From positions 4,225 through 68,224 of the forward strand of contig DATHRZ010000012.1 of assembly GCA_035464655.1 (NCBI GenBank): a stretch of 64,000 bases of DNA, given 5' to 3'. Below are positions 30,925-39,483 of the stretch, one piece after another (position 1 is the stretch's first letter; each line of letters opens with the position of its first letter). The notes under the pieces are model-generated. The model saw only the letters and a list, made by a program, of their open reading frames with translations. It was not told the origin of the DNA and ran no database searches. The position numbers were made by a program, and so were the translations under genes. The DNA comes from Gemmatimonadota bacterium. GTDB lineage: Bacteria > Gemmatimonadota > Gemmatimonadetes > Palauibacterales > Palauibacteraceae.

Positions 30925-30958
30925 GAGAAATCCCCACTGTTTCCCACTTTTCCCCACT
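30925..30958 (-). promoter_or_regulatory. MraZ operator: three direct GTGGG[GA] hexamers at 10-bp spacing
   Basis: Plus strand CCCACT at 30933-30938, 30943-30948 and 30953-30958, exactly 10 bp apart. In the minus sense it reads AGTGGGGAAA AGTGGGAAAC AGTGGGGATT, 35-67 nt upstream of the mraZ start. Confidence 0.6.
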
Positions 30959-31033
30959 GCGCCCCATTCTACCGACCCCATCCCGACGACGCAACCCCAG
31001 GGCCCCACCACGTCCCGTGGACAGTCCGGACAC

Positions 31034-31070
31034 GAAAAAAGCCCGGCGGAACACTGGGTTTCGCCGGGCC
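31034..31070 (-). terminator. Rho-independent terminator downstream of the TPR gene
   Basis: Stem GCCCGGCG/CGCCGGGC (31041-31048 / 31062-31069) followed on the minus strand by TTTTTT (31035-31040). Confidence 0.5.
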
Positions 31071-31130
31071 TTCAGGGTGTCTGGAGCGGAGCCGGGCCGT
31101 TGTCGGCCCGTACCGCGACTCAGCCGCGCA

Positions 31131-32948
31131 TCAGCGACACGCCGGCTTGTTGAGGATCGCTTCCTGCCGGTAGATGTAGATGTCGGTGTTCTCTCTCACC
31201 TGAGCCTGGCTCTGCCGCTGATAATTGCCCGCCTGGTTCAGATGCGGGAGCACCTGCTTGAATCGACTGAGAGCCCGACGCGCCGGCTGGCAAGCCTCTG
31301 CCTGCATATTCGCGTCGTCGATCTCCGCGCCCCACTGGAAGTAGCTGAACGCCGCGAAGAAGCGGAGCTGCTCTTCGGTCCCCTGTTCATCGACGAACTC
31401 GAGCGCCGTCTCGAACATCGCGGCGGCACGGTCGTATTCGCCGTTCTGGAAGTAGTCGTTGTAGCCGCGACTCAGCAGGGTCTGCGCCACCATATCCGTG
31501 TCCTCGCCGCCTGCCACCGCGGCGCGGAGATCCTGCATCGCCGCGTCTTCGTCGCCCGCCGTCAGCTTGAAGAAGCCGCGCTTCGTGAGGCCGCGGGGGA
31601 GGTCGGGATCGAGTCGCAACGCCTCGTCCATGGCCGCGATCGCCCCCTCGTAATCGCCGGCCCGGGCACGGACGTCGGCCCGCAGCGAACGGAGACTCGC
31701 GTCCTCCGGCAACTGCTCCTCGGCACGCTCGGCGAAGCGGGTCGCCTCGTCCAGGTCGCCGAGCTGCAGATAGGCGGCTACGACGTTCTTGAGGATTTGC
31801 GGATTCGTATCGTCGCCTCGAAGCTCGAGCACCTTCTCGTAGGCCTCGACGGCCGCGCGGATCGCGCCTTCGTTGGCGACGGACCCTTCGGCGGCCTGCC
31901 CGGCCGAATCGTCGCCACCGCCGCCCGTCGTCTCCTCACCGCCCACACCGGTTCCGGTACCGCTCATCGCGACGCTGGCCGTGGTCCCCTTGTTCAACTG
32001 CACGTTCCCGAGGAACTCCCACACGGCCGCGTTGGTGGAATCCCGCGCGATCCCCTCCTCGAGAAGCGTGATCGCGCCGTCGAACTCTCCGGCCTGTACG
32101 AGATCGAAGGCGATCTGCATGCGCACGCTGGCGTCGTCGGGATTGAAGCCGAGGTATTCGCGATAGAACTGCATCGCCCGCTCGGTGTTGCCGAGCTGTG
32201 TCTCGGTGTAGGCGAGGGAGTTCAGGGCGTCGACGTGCGCCGGGTTCTCGGCCACCACTTCGTCGAGATTCTCCTTCGCGATCTCCCAGTTTTCCATGCC
32301 CATGTGCACGCGGCCCATCAGGTACCGTACCGACATGCCGTTCGGGTTGTATTCGGCCGCCTCTTCGCAATTGCGCAGCGCGTCGTCGTACTCTTCGCTC
32401 CCGAGGTAGTCGGCACAGAACAGCAAGGCCCGCTGGTACTCCACCTGGCCCTCGACGGCGTCCATGATGTGGTCGGCGGCCTCCTGCTCGCCGCGTCCAC
32501 CGTCGTCCTGGACGACGAACTCAGGAATCGGCGTGGCGTCTCCGGTGCGCGCGTCGATGAACGAGACGTTGAACGCATTGCCGCCCGAAGCGCGTGACAC
32601 GGTGCCCGACAGGAGGAGATCTGCGTCGAGGCGCCCCGCGAGCTGACGCCACTGGACGACGCCGAGGTCGTCCTCGTCGAGCTTCAGACGCCGGAGCTCG
32701 TCACGGACCGCGTCCTCCTCGATGGCGGTCAGCGTGGCGGCATCCCCGAGCCGGTCACGCACTCTCTCGGCCACCTTCCGACCGAAATTGCGCTTGACGC
32801 CGTTATCTTCGGCGATCGGAACCACGAGCACCCTGGCGCGGCCGCTCTGCTGGGCCTCCGCCGGCGCCGGCGACGCCAGCAGCATCGTAGCCAGCAGCGT
32901 CCCGGCCGTAAGCAATCCGCCACCAATGGCTTTCAGTTGCATCATCAA
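31131..32948 (-). CDS. secreted tetratricopeptide-repeat protein
   Basis: Signal peptide (AEAQ); multiple TPR-like A/Y/L-rich helical repeats; 605 aa. Confidence 0.7.
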   Translation of the reverse strand: MMMQLKAIGGGLLTAGTLLATMLLASPAPAEAQQSGRARVLVVPIAEDNGVKRNFGRKVAERVRDRLGDAATLTAIEEDAVRDELRRLKLDEDDLGVVQWRQLAGRLDADLLLSGTVSRASGGNAFNVSFIDARTGDATPIPEFVVQDDGGRGEQEAADHIMDAVEGQVEYQRALLFCADYLGSEEYDDALRNCEEAAEYNPNGMSVRYLMGRVHMGMENWEIAKENLDEVVAENPAHVDALNSLAYTETQLGNTERAMQFYREYLGFNPDDASVRMQIAFDLVQAGEFDGAITLLEEGIARDSTNAAVWEFLGNVQLNKGTTASVAMSGTGTGVGGEETTGGGGDDSAGQAAEGSVANEGAIRAAVEAYEKVLELRGDDTNPQILKNVVAAYLQLGDLDEATRFAERAEEQLPEDASLRSLRADVRARAGDYEGAIAAMDEALRLDPDLPRGLTKRGFFKLTAGDEDAAMQDLRAAVAGGEDTDMVAQTLLSRGYNDYFQNGEYDRAAAMFETALEFVDEQGTEEQLRFFAAFSYFQWGAEIDDANMQAEACQPARRALSRFKQVLPHLNQAGNYQRQSQAQVRENTDIYIYRQEAILNKPACR

Positions 32949-33082
32949 GTTCCTCGTCGAGTATCGTTCACGGCCCGTGCACTCTGGGGGCCTATACGTC
33001 CATGCTTACGACACTATCCCCCGTGCGCGGGTTCCGCTTCACCCGGTTGCCTCCGGAGCACGCTCTTCGTACTGCTCGCGAA

Positions 33083-33157
33083 TGGGCGAAGCAGGATTCG
33101 AACCTGCGACCTCCTGCTTGTAAGGCAGGCGCTCTGGACCAGCTGAGCTATTCGCCC
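33083..33157 (-). tRNA. tRNA-Val (anticodon UAC)
   Basis: Cloverleaf folded by hand: acceptor GGGCGAA/UUCGCCC, D-stem GCUC/GAGC, anticodon stem CCUGC/GCAGG with loop CUUACAA, T-arm GCAGG-UUCGAAU-CCUGC, discriminator A; CCA not encoded. Confidence 0.85.
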
Positions 33158-33363
33158 CCACCCTCGTCGGGGTCGCGCGATCCGCGTAGCCCGACGAGCA
33201 GTGCGGCTGGTACGAGCACGGCGTAGCCGAGCACCAGGAGCAGCGGAGCCGCGACCGTGGAGCCGCGACCCAACAACAAGTACCCGACCGCGATCGCGAC
33301 GAGCCCTCCCACGAGCAGGCCGACGTTGAGCGGCCGCAGGCCGAAGAACTGCGTCTGCCCCAT
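33148..33363 (-). CDS. hypothetical small membrane protein (doubtful)
   Basis: 71 aa with two hydrophobic helices; 3' end overlaps the tRNA-Val 5' end by 10 nt; no SD check possible. Confidence 0.3.
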   Translation of the reverse strand: MGQTQFFGLRPLNVGLLVGGLVAIAVGYLLLGRGSTVAAPLLLVLGYAVLVPAALLVGLRGSRDPDEGGGE

Positions 33364-33405
33364 GCCGTTCGTGGTTCTCTGTCCGATTGGAGTCATCCGG
33401 GGAGA

Positions 33406-34356
33406 TTAGGATGCGCTCGGGGGGTCGTCAACGTTCGTTAGTTCCAGGGCGGCCGCCTCGCGGCGCTCTCGCTCGCGCATCTCCGACAGGCGCCGCCTGT
33501 CGTGGCGTATCCTGGCGATGCCGAGCCCGATGATCAGGAAGGTCACGGCGAGCCAGACGAAGCCGGTCCGGCTGAGCAGGTACAGCCAGCCGTACCGGTC
33601 GAGTACTCGCTCGCGCCACCGGCGTTCGAACTGATCGGCGGTGATCCCGTACACGCGGCGCAGGGCCGCGTCGAAACGATCGCCGTCGCGCAGCGACGCG
33701 AACAGCGCTTCGAGACCCCGATCGCCGCCCAGCGAGCGCAGGGCGTCGACGGCCGTATACGACAGTATGTAAGCGGTCTGCGGCTCGATGCCCGAACGGA
33801 AGCGTCGGTCGAGGTCCGAGAGAATCGACTGCCCTCCTCGCATCAGGGTGAACTGAAGGCGCCAGCCTTCCCGCCAATCCCACGTCCCGCTCGCCATCTG
33901 GGCATAGCCTTCGTGCATCCAGCGCGGCACGTTCCCGCCGGTCGCGGCATGCAGGGCGACGTGCGCCGCCTCGTGCCGGTACACGGCGAGGAGTCGGTCG
34001 AAGTTGCGCTGCGAGCCACTCACCCGGAGCGCGAGGCGCCGTCGCGCCGGGTCGGCCACGCCGGCCACCCAGGGTTCGGATCGGCCGAGGCCGACGGAGT
34101 CGAGCGTCGACAGGTCGCGCGCGAACCAGATCACGACGCGGCGCCCCGCCAGCACGGAGTCGGGGATGCCCGGCATCGACGCCCAGACTTCGAGGTTGTC
34201 GGTCACGCTACGCGCGAGTTCCTCCAGTCCGGGGTCGGCCCGCACCTCGAGCTCGGGCCCCTGCACCGGGGCCTCCGGCCCCGTCACCGTGGCATCGCCC
34301 GGGTCCGTCGGCTGGCCGCAAGCGGTGATCGCCACGACGGCGATCCGAAGCAGCAC
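33406..34356 (-). CDS. putative zinc metallopeptidase lipoprotein (HExxH) with C-terminal TM anchor
   Basis: GTG start; lipobox ...AITAC; H-E-A-A-H motif; C-terminal hydrophobic helix. Confidence 0.55.
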   Translation of the reverse strand: MLLRIAVVAITACGQPTDPGDATVTGPEAPVQGPELEVRADPGLEELARSVTDNLEVWASMPGIPDSVLAGRRVVIWFARDLSTLDSVGLGRSEPWVAGVADPARRRLALRVSGSQRNFDRLLAVYRHEAAHVALHAATGGNVPRWMHEGYAQMASGTWDWREGWRLQFTLMRGGQSILSDLDRRFRSGIEPQTAYILSYTAVDALRSLGGDRGLEALFASLRDGDRFDAALRRVYGITADQFERRWRERVLDRYGWLYLLSRTGFVWLAVTFLIIGLGIARIRHDRRRLSEMRERERREAAALELTNVDDPPSAS

Positions 34357-34361
34357 CGATC

Positions 34362-35363
34362 TCAGGATGCCGAATCGCGCGCCCACGCCAGCGCTCCGGC
34401 AAGAGGCTCCGGGAGTTCGGACGTGAAGGTCAGTTCGTCGCCCGTGGCGGGATGTACGAACGACAGCCGCGCCGCGTGCAGGAACAGGCGGCCCACCCGG
34501 CGGGCGAATCGTGCCGCCCACTGACCGCCAGCGCCGGTCATGCCGCGCTCCCATCCGGCGCCGTACACCGGGTCGCCCACTACCGGGTGGCCCGTGTCGG
34601 CCAGGTGGACACGAATTTGATGGGTGCGCCCCGTCTCGAGGCGAATCGCCAGCAGATCGGCGGCCGGCCAGCGTTCGAGCCAGCGTACGTGCGTGACGGC
34701 TCGGCGGCCGTCCTCGACGACCGCCATGCGCTTGCGGTCGTTCGGGTGCCGGGCGATCGGGCGATCGATCGTCGAGCGCTCGGGCTCGAACCGGCCCCAT
34801 ACGGCCGCCAGGTAGCCACGGCCGACCTCTCGCCGGGCGAGCGCCGCCGACAGCGCCTGATGGGCTTCCTCGCGCCGGGCGACGATCATAAGGCCGCTCG
34901 TGTCGCGGTCGAGGCGATGCACGATTCCGGGACGGCGGGGCAGACCGATCGGAGAAAGATCGCCGTAGCGGCCGAGCAGCGCGTTTACGACCGTTCCGTC
35001 GGGATGACCGGGCGCCGGGTGGACGACCATGCCGTGGGGCTTATCGACGACCACGAGGTGCTCGTCCTCGTACACGACGTCGATCGGCAGGTCCTGGGCC
35101 GCCAGCTCGATCGGCGGAGGTGGTGGGATCTCGACACGGATCTCGTCGCCCGCCCTCGGACGATAGCTCTTTTGCACCGGCTCCTCGTTGACCGTCACTT
35201 CGCCCGCGGCGATCAGCGCGGCGATTCGCGATCGGCTGAGCCGCGTGCGCTCCGCGAGCAGGGCGTCGAGACGCTCCTCCGCGTCGGCTTCGATCCGCAG
35301 TCGCACCGTCTCGGCGCCGGGCTCAGTCGGGCGGTCGGGACGCCTCGACGGCTCGCGCCTCAC
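34362..35363 (-). CDS. rluD: 23S rRNA pseudouridine synthase, RluA family (RluD-like)
   Basis: N-terminal S4-like domain; catalytic HRLDRDTSG; 333 aa. Confidence 0.85.
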   Translation of the reverse strand: MRREPSRRPDRPTEPGAETVRLRIEADAEERLDALLAERTRLSRSRIAALIAAGEVTVNEEPVQKSYRPRAGDEIRVEIPPPPPIELAAQDLPIDVVYEDEHLVVVDKPHGMVVHPAPGHPDGTVVNALLGRYGDLSPIGLPRRPGIVHRLDRDTSGLMIVARREEAHQALSAALARREVGRGYLAAVWGRFEPERSTIDRPIARHPNDRKRMAVVEDGRRAVTHVRWLERWPAADLLAIRLETGRTHQIRVHLADTGHPVVGDPVYGAGWERGMTGAGGQWAARFARRVGRLFLHAARLSFVHPATGDELTFTSELPEPLAGALAWARDSAS

Positions 35364-35847
35364 GCCTCTCCTCCAGGTAGAAGGAGATCAGCAGCAGTAC
35401 TGCCCCGACGCTGACGGCAGAATCGGCGATGTTGAAGATCCAGAAGCGATATCCACCGTACCCGATGTCGATGAAGTCGACGACGCCGGCCTCGTAGCGC
35501 AGGCGGTCGAAGATGTTGCCGACGGCCCCCCCGCACACCAGCGCGAGGGCGGTCAGGCGCAGAACATCGCGTCGGGGGGTGACGCGGTACATCCAGCCCA
35601 GGACCACGAGTGCGACGAGCGACAGTGCGAGAAAGAACAGGCGGGAGTGCTCGCCGATGTTGATCCCGAACGCGGCGCCGGGATTGTGGGTGTAGGTCAG
35701 CCGGAAGAACTCGCCGAACACCGGCCGAACCTCGTACATGACGAGCGTCGCGACGATCCACTGCTTCGTCAGGACGTCGAGCACCAGGGTGATCCCGGCT
35801 ACTGCGAGGAGCAGGGCGCCCTTGTGGACGCCCGGTTCTTCGGACAC
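35323..35847 (-). CDS. lspA: lipoprotein signal peptidase II
   Basis: FNIADSA and GNxxDR motifs; four TM helices; start chosen at GTG (VSEEPG...). Confidence 0.85.
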   Translation of the reverse strand: MSEEPGVHKGALLLAVAGITLVLDVLTKQWIVATLVMYEVRPVFGEFFRLTYTHNPGAAFGINIGEHSRLFFLALSLVALVVLGWMYRVTPRRDVLRLTALALVCGGAVGNIFDRLRYEAGVVDFIDIGYGGYRFWIFNIADSAVSVGAVLLLISFYLEERREARAVEASRPPD

Positions 35848-35894
35848 GGCGGAAGCGACGGCGGAAGAGACGCTCGTCTCGCCTGCGGCGCCCG

Positions 35895-36269
35895 TCACCC
35901 GTTCTCCTCGCGCTCCTTGCAGGCGATGCACAGGCGCGTGTGCGGAAGCGCATCGAGCCGCTCGTAGGAAATCTCCTCGCCACACTCCTCACACGTACCG
36001 AACTTCGGTGGCGTCTTGTAGATTCGGCGCAACGCCTGGTCGAGATGGTACAGGTAGCGCCCTTCCTTGCTGGCGAACAGGAACGCCTTCTCACGTTCCA
36101 TGGCGTCGGTTCCCTGGTCGGCCATGTGAAAGCTGTACGCCGACGTCTCCCCTTCGGCCCCCGGGTTCACCTTGCTCAGGGCCTCGTCGTAGGCGCCGAG
36201 GTCCTTCAGCGCGCGCGCCCGCATCTCGAGCAGTCGCTCCTCGAAGTATTCCAGGTCCTTCTTATTCAT
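35895..36269 (-). CDS. DksA/TraR family C4-type zinc-finger protein
   Basis: CxxC...CxxC (CEECGEEI...CIACK); coiled-coil N-terminus; 124 aa; at the position of Bacillus ylyA. Confidence 0.75.
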   Translation of the reverse strand: MNKKDLEYFEERLLEMRARALKDLGAYDEALSKVNPGAEGETSAYSFHMADQGTDAMEREKAFLFASKEGRYLYHLDQALRRIYKTPPKFGTCEECGEEISYERLDALPHTRLCIACKEREENG

Positions 36270-36291
36270 TGGTTGCCTTGCGATGTAAAGT

Positions 36292-39200
36292 CTATGAGCG
36301 TCTGCCGGCGTCGTCCGGCACGCCGACGGCGTCCGTCGCCACCTCGAGTCCTATCCCGACCACCTCACCGTCGACGTCGACCTCGCGCGTGATGTCCAGG
36401 GCGTCGACGGCGTCCGATCCGATGGCCAGAGAAACGGCCAGCGTCTCACCGCCGATGTACGCCTCGTGCGCCCGGACCGTTTCCTCGATCGCCGGCGCGC
36501 CTGCGACCGCCAGGCGGATCCGGTCGCTGACGGCCAGTCCGGCATCGCGCCGAAGTCGCTGTACGCGGTTCACGATCTCTCGCGCCAGTCCCTCGGCCCG
36601 CAACTCGTCGTCCAGCGTCGTGTCGAGGCCGACGAGCCATCCGTCGGCCGCCTGCACGACCAGGTCTCCCGCCGCCTCCTCGAGAACCTGCACGTCGTCC
36701 GGTCCGATTTCGACGCGGCGGTCGTCGAACTCGACCTCGATCTGCCCTCCGTCGCGCAATCGGCGGACGGCGTCGCCCTCGAGGGCCGCGATCGCGCCGG
36801 CCACAGCGGGCGTGTCCGAGCTGAACCGCGGGCCGAGGGCACCGAAGTCCGGTTTCGCGGACAGCCGAACAATATCATCGTCACCGGCGCTCAGGACAAC
36901 GCGCCTGACGTTGAGCTCGGTGCGCAGCAGATCGACGAAGGCGTCGGCGAGGCGCCGTCCGTCCGGCAGCACCGCGCGCAGTTCTCCGAGCGGCTGCCGA
37001 ACACGGAGTCCGGCCTCTTCGCGCGCCGCCCGGCCCAGTGTGGCGAGCCGCCGGACATCGTCCATCCCCTGCTCGATCGACGGATCGACGTTCGGCGATC
37101 CGCCCGGAAAGTCCGCCAGGTGCACCGACTCGCCGACCAGCTCCCTGTGCATCCAATCGGGCAGAAACGGCGCGATCGGGGCTAGCAGGCGGCAGGCCAC
37201 CACCAGCGCGTGGTGGAGGGTGGCGAAGGCGTCGACCGTGTCCTGCGCCCCGGCCTCCCCACCCCTTGTCGCCCAGAATCGCTCGCGCGTCAGGCGGATG
37301 TACCAGTTCGAAAGGTCGTCCTGAACGTATGTCGATATCGTCCGCGCCGCCCACGTGAGGTCGTAGTCGGCGAGCGCGCCGCGTACCTCGGCGGCCACCG
37401 CGTCGGTGCGGCCGAGCAGCCAGCGGTCGATCAGCGGCCGCTCGGACGCCGGCCGCGCGGCGCCCACAGAGTCGTCGTGCCGCCACCCCTCGAGCTCGGC
37501 GTACATCGCGAAGAACCGGTAGGCGCTGCGCAGCGTGTCGAACATCTTGCGGTTCGTCTCTCGCAGGCCTGCCGCGTCCCAGCGCTTCGGCAGCCACGGA
37601 TTGCTCGACGCCAGCAGGTAGAACCGGAGGACGTCGGCGCCGTGCTCGGCCAGCGTCTCCCACGGATCGACGACGTTTCCACGCGACTTCGACATCTTCT
37701 GGCCCGAATCGTCGAGAATCAGGTCGTTGACCAGCACGTTCCGGTAGGCGCCTCGGTCGAACAGGATCGTCGACAGGGCGAGCAGCGAGTAGAACCAGCC
37801 ACGTGTCTGGTCGACCCCCTCGGCGATCGCGTTTGCGGGGAAGTGCGTCTCGAACCGCTCGCGGTTCTCGAACGGAAAGTGCCACTGGGCGAACGGCATC
37901 GAGCCCGAATCGAACCACGCGTCGAGTACCTGCGGAACGCGGGTCATCGTACCGCCACAGCCGTCGGACCGGCACGGCCACGTGAGTCCGTCGATCTCCG
38001 GGCGATGCGGATCGAACCCGTCCCCGCCGCCCGGCAGGTCGCCGGCGCGGGCGGCCAGGTCGTCGAACGAGCCGATGACCTCGCGCGCCTCGCAGGCGCC
38101 GCACAGCCAGATCGGGAGTGGGGTCCCCCAGTAGCGATCGCGCGAGATCGCCCAGTCGATGTTTCCCTTCAGCCACTCGCCCATGCGCCCCGAGCCGATC
38201 TCGGGGGGATGCCAGTCGACGGCGGCGTTCTCCTCCATCATGCGCTGCCTGACCCCGGTCGTTCGTACGTACCACGAGTCGCGGGCCATGTAGATCAGCG
38301 CCGTGTCGCAACGCCAGCAGTGCGGGTAGTTGTGGCGGAACGACTCGCGGCGGAACATCAGGCCCCTCTCTTCGAGCAGGTCCTGCAGGCGCCCGTCCGC
38401 TTCCTTCACTCGCTCTCCGCCGACTTCGAGCACATCGGGCAGGAACCGGCCGGCGTCGTCGACGGGTCGGACCACGGGCAGGTCGAAGGTCCGGCCGAAC
38501 TCGAAGTCGTCCGCACCGAACGCGGGCGCCGTGTGAACGAGCCCCGTTCCGTCCTCGTCGCTGACGAAGTCGGCCGGGAGAACGCGGCCGGTGGGCACGT
38601 CGTAAGACGGGACGAGCCGGAGGGGGCGTTCGTATTCGAGCTCTTCCAGCTCGTCGGCCCCGACTTCGCGCGCGATCGTCGCGTCTTCGCCGAAGTAGTA
38701 CGCGACGCGCGAGCGCGCGAGGACGTATCGCCCGCCCTCGTGCTCGACCTCGACGTAACCGACGTCGGGCCCGAAGGCGACCGCCGTGTTCGACACCAGC
38801 GTCCAGGGCGTCGTCGTCCAGACGAGCAGCCAACGATCGGCCGCCCCGGCCACGGCGAAGCGAACCGTGATCGACGGATCCGTGCGATCGCGGTAGCCCT
38901 GGGCGACCTCGTGGCTCGACAGGCCGGTTCCGCAGCGCGGGCAGTACGGCAGCACCTTGTAACCCAGGTATAGCAGGCCCTTGCGTTCGATTTCCGACAG
39001 GGCCCACCACACCGACTCGATGTATTCCGGCGAGCAGGTGATGTACGGATCGTCGTAGTCCAGCCAGTAGCCGATGCGCTGCGACAGGCGCTCCCAGTCC
39101 TCCTTGTAGGTGAACAGGTTGTCGCGACACACGCGGTTGAACTCGGCGATGCCCATCTTCTCGATATCCGGCTTGCCGGAGATCCCGAGCAGCTTCTCGA

Positions 39201-39483
39201 CCTCGAGCTCGACGGGCAGACCGTGCGTGTCCCAACCCGCTTTGCGGGTCACGTGGTGGCCGGTCATGGCCGCGAAGCGCGCGATCGTGTCCTTGAGCGT
39301 GCGCGACATCACGTGGTGCACGCCCGGGCGGCCGTTGGCGGTCGGCGGCCCCTCGTAGAACACGAACTCGGGGGCGCCCTCACGCCGCTCGAGGCCGAGG
39401 CCGAACGTGTCTTCGGTCTCCCAGCGCTCGAGGATCTCGCGCTCCAGCGCCTCGATCGTCTCCGGCAGGGTCCGGTATGTCAT
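36292..39483 (-). CDS. ileS: isoleucine--tRNA ligase
   Basis: Class I aaRS; KMSKS present; editing and Zn-finger C-terminal domains; 1063 aa. Confidence 0.95.
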   Translation of the reverse strand: MTYRTLPETIEALEREILERWETEDTFGLGLERREGAPEFVFYEGPPTANGRPGVHHVMSRTLKDTIARFAAMTGHHVTRKAGWDTHGLPVELEVEKLLGISGKPDIEKMGIAEFNRVCRDNLFTYKEDWERLSQRIGYWLDYDDPYITCSPEYIESVWWALSEIERKGLLYLGYKVLPYCPRCGTGLSSHEVAQGYRDRTDPSITVRFAVAGAADRWLLVWTTTPWTLVSNTAVAFGPDVGYVEVEHEGGRYVLARSRVAYYFGEDATIAREVGADELEELEYERPLRLVPSYDVPTGRVLPADFVSDEDGTGLVHTAPAFGADDFEFGRTFDLPVVRPVDDAGRFLPDVLEVGGERVKEADGRLQDLLEERGLMFRRESFRHNYPHCWRCDTALIYMARDSWYVRTTGVRQRMMEENAAVDWHPPEIGSGRMGEWLKGNIDWAISRDRYWGTPLPIWLCGACEAREVIGSFDDLAARAGDLPGGGDGFDPHRPEIDGLTWPCRSDGCGGTMTRVPQVLDAWFDSGSMPFAQWHFPFENRERFETHFPANAIAEGVDQTRGWFYSLLALSTILFDRGAYRNVLVNDLILDDSGQKMSKSRGNVVDPWETLAEHGADVLRFYLLASSNPWLPKRWDAAGLRETNRKMFDTLRSAYRFFAMYAELEGWRHDDSVGAARPASERPLIDRWLLGRTDAVAAEVRGALADYDLTWAARTISTYVQDDLSNWYIRLTRERFWATRGGEAGAQDTVDAFATLHHALVVACRLLAPIAPFLPDWMHRELVGESVHLADFPGGSPNVDPSIEQGMDDVRRLATLGRAAREEAGLRVRQPLGELRAVLPDGRRLADAFVDLLRTELNVRRVVLSAGDDDIVRLSAKPDFGALGPRFSSDTPAVAGAIAALEGDAVRRLRDGGQIEVEFDDRRVEIGPDDVQVLEEAAGDLVVQAADGWLVGLDTTLDDELRAEGLAREIVNRVQRLRRDAGLAVSDRIRLAVAGAPAIEETVRAHEAYIGGETLAVSLAIGSDAVDALDITREVDVDGEVVGIGLEVATDAVGVPDDAGRRS

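Noticed and set aside
30925-30958. Considered whether the three CCCACT repeats were a CRISPR fragment or a satellite
   Set aside because: There are only three short units with variable 4-nt spacers, directly upstream of mraZ. This matches the MraZ operator architecture, not a CRISPR array, and there are no cas genes.
30493-31011. Alternative-frame ORFs over mraZ and its operator (30493-31011 and 30761-31054)
   Set aside because: The in-frame MraZ motifs and the position of the operator repeats support the 30459-30890 frame only.
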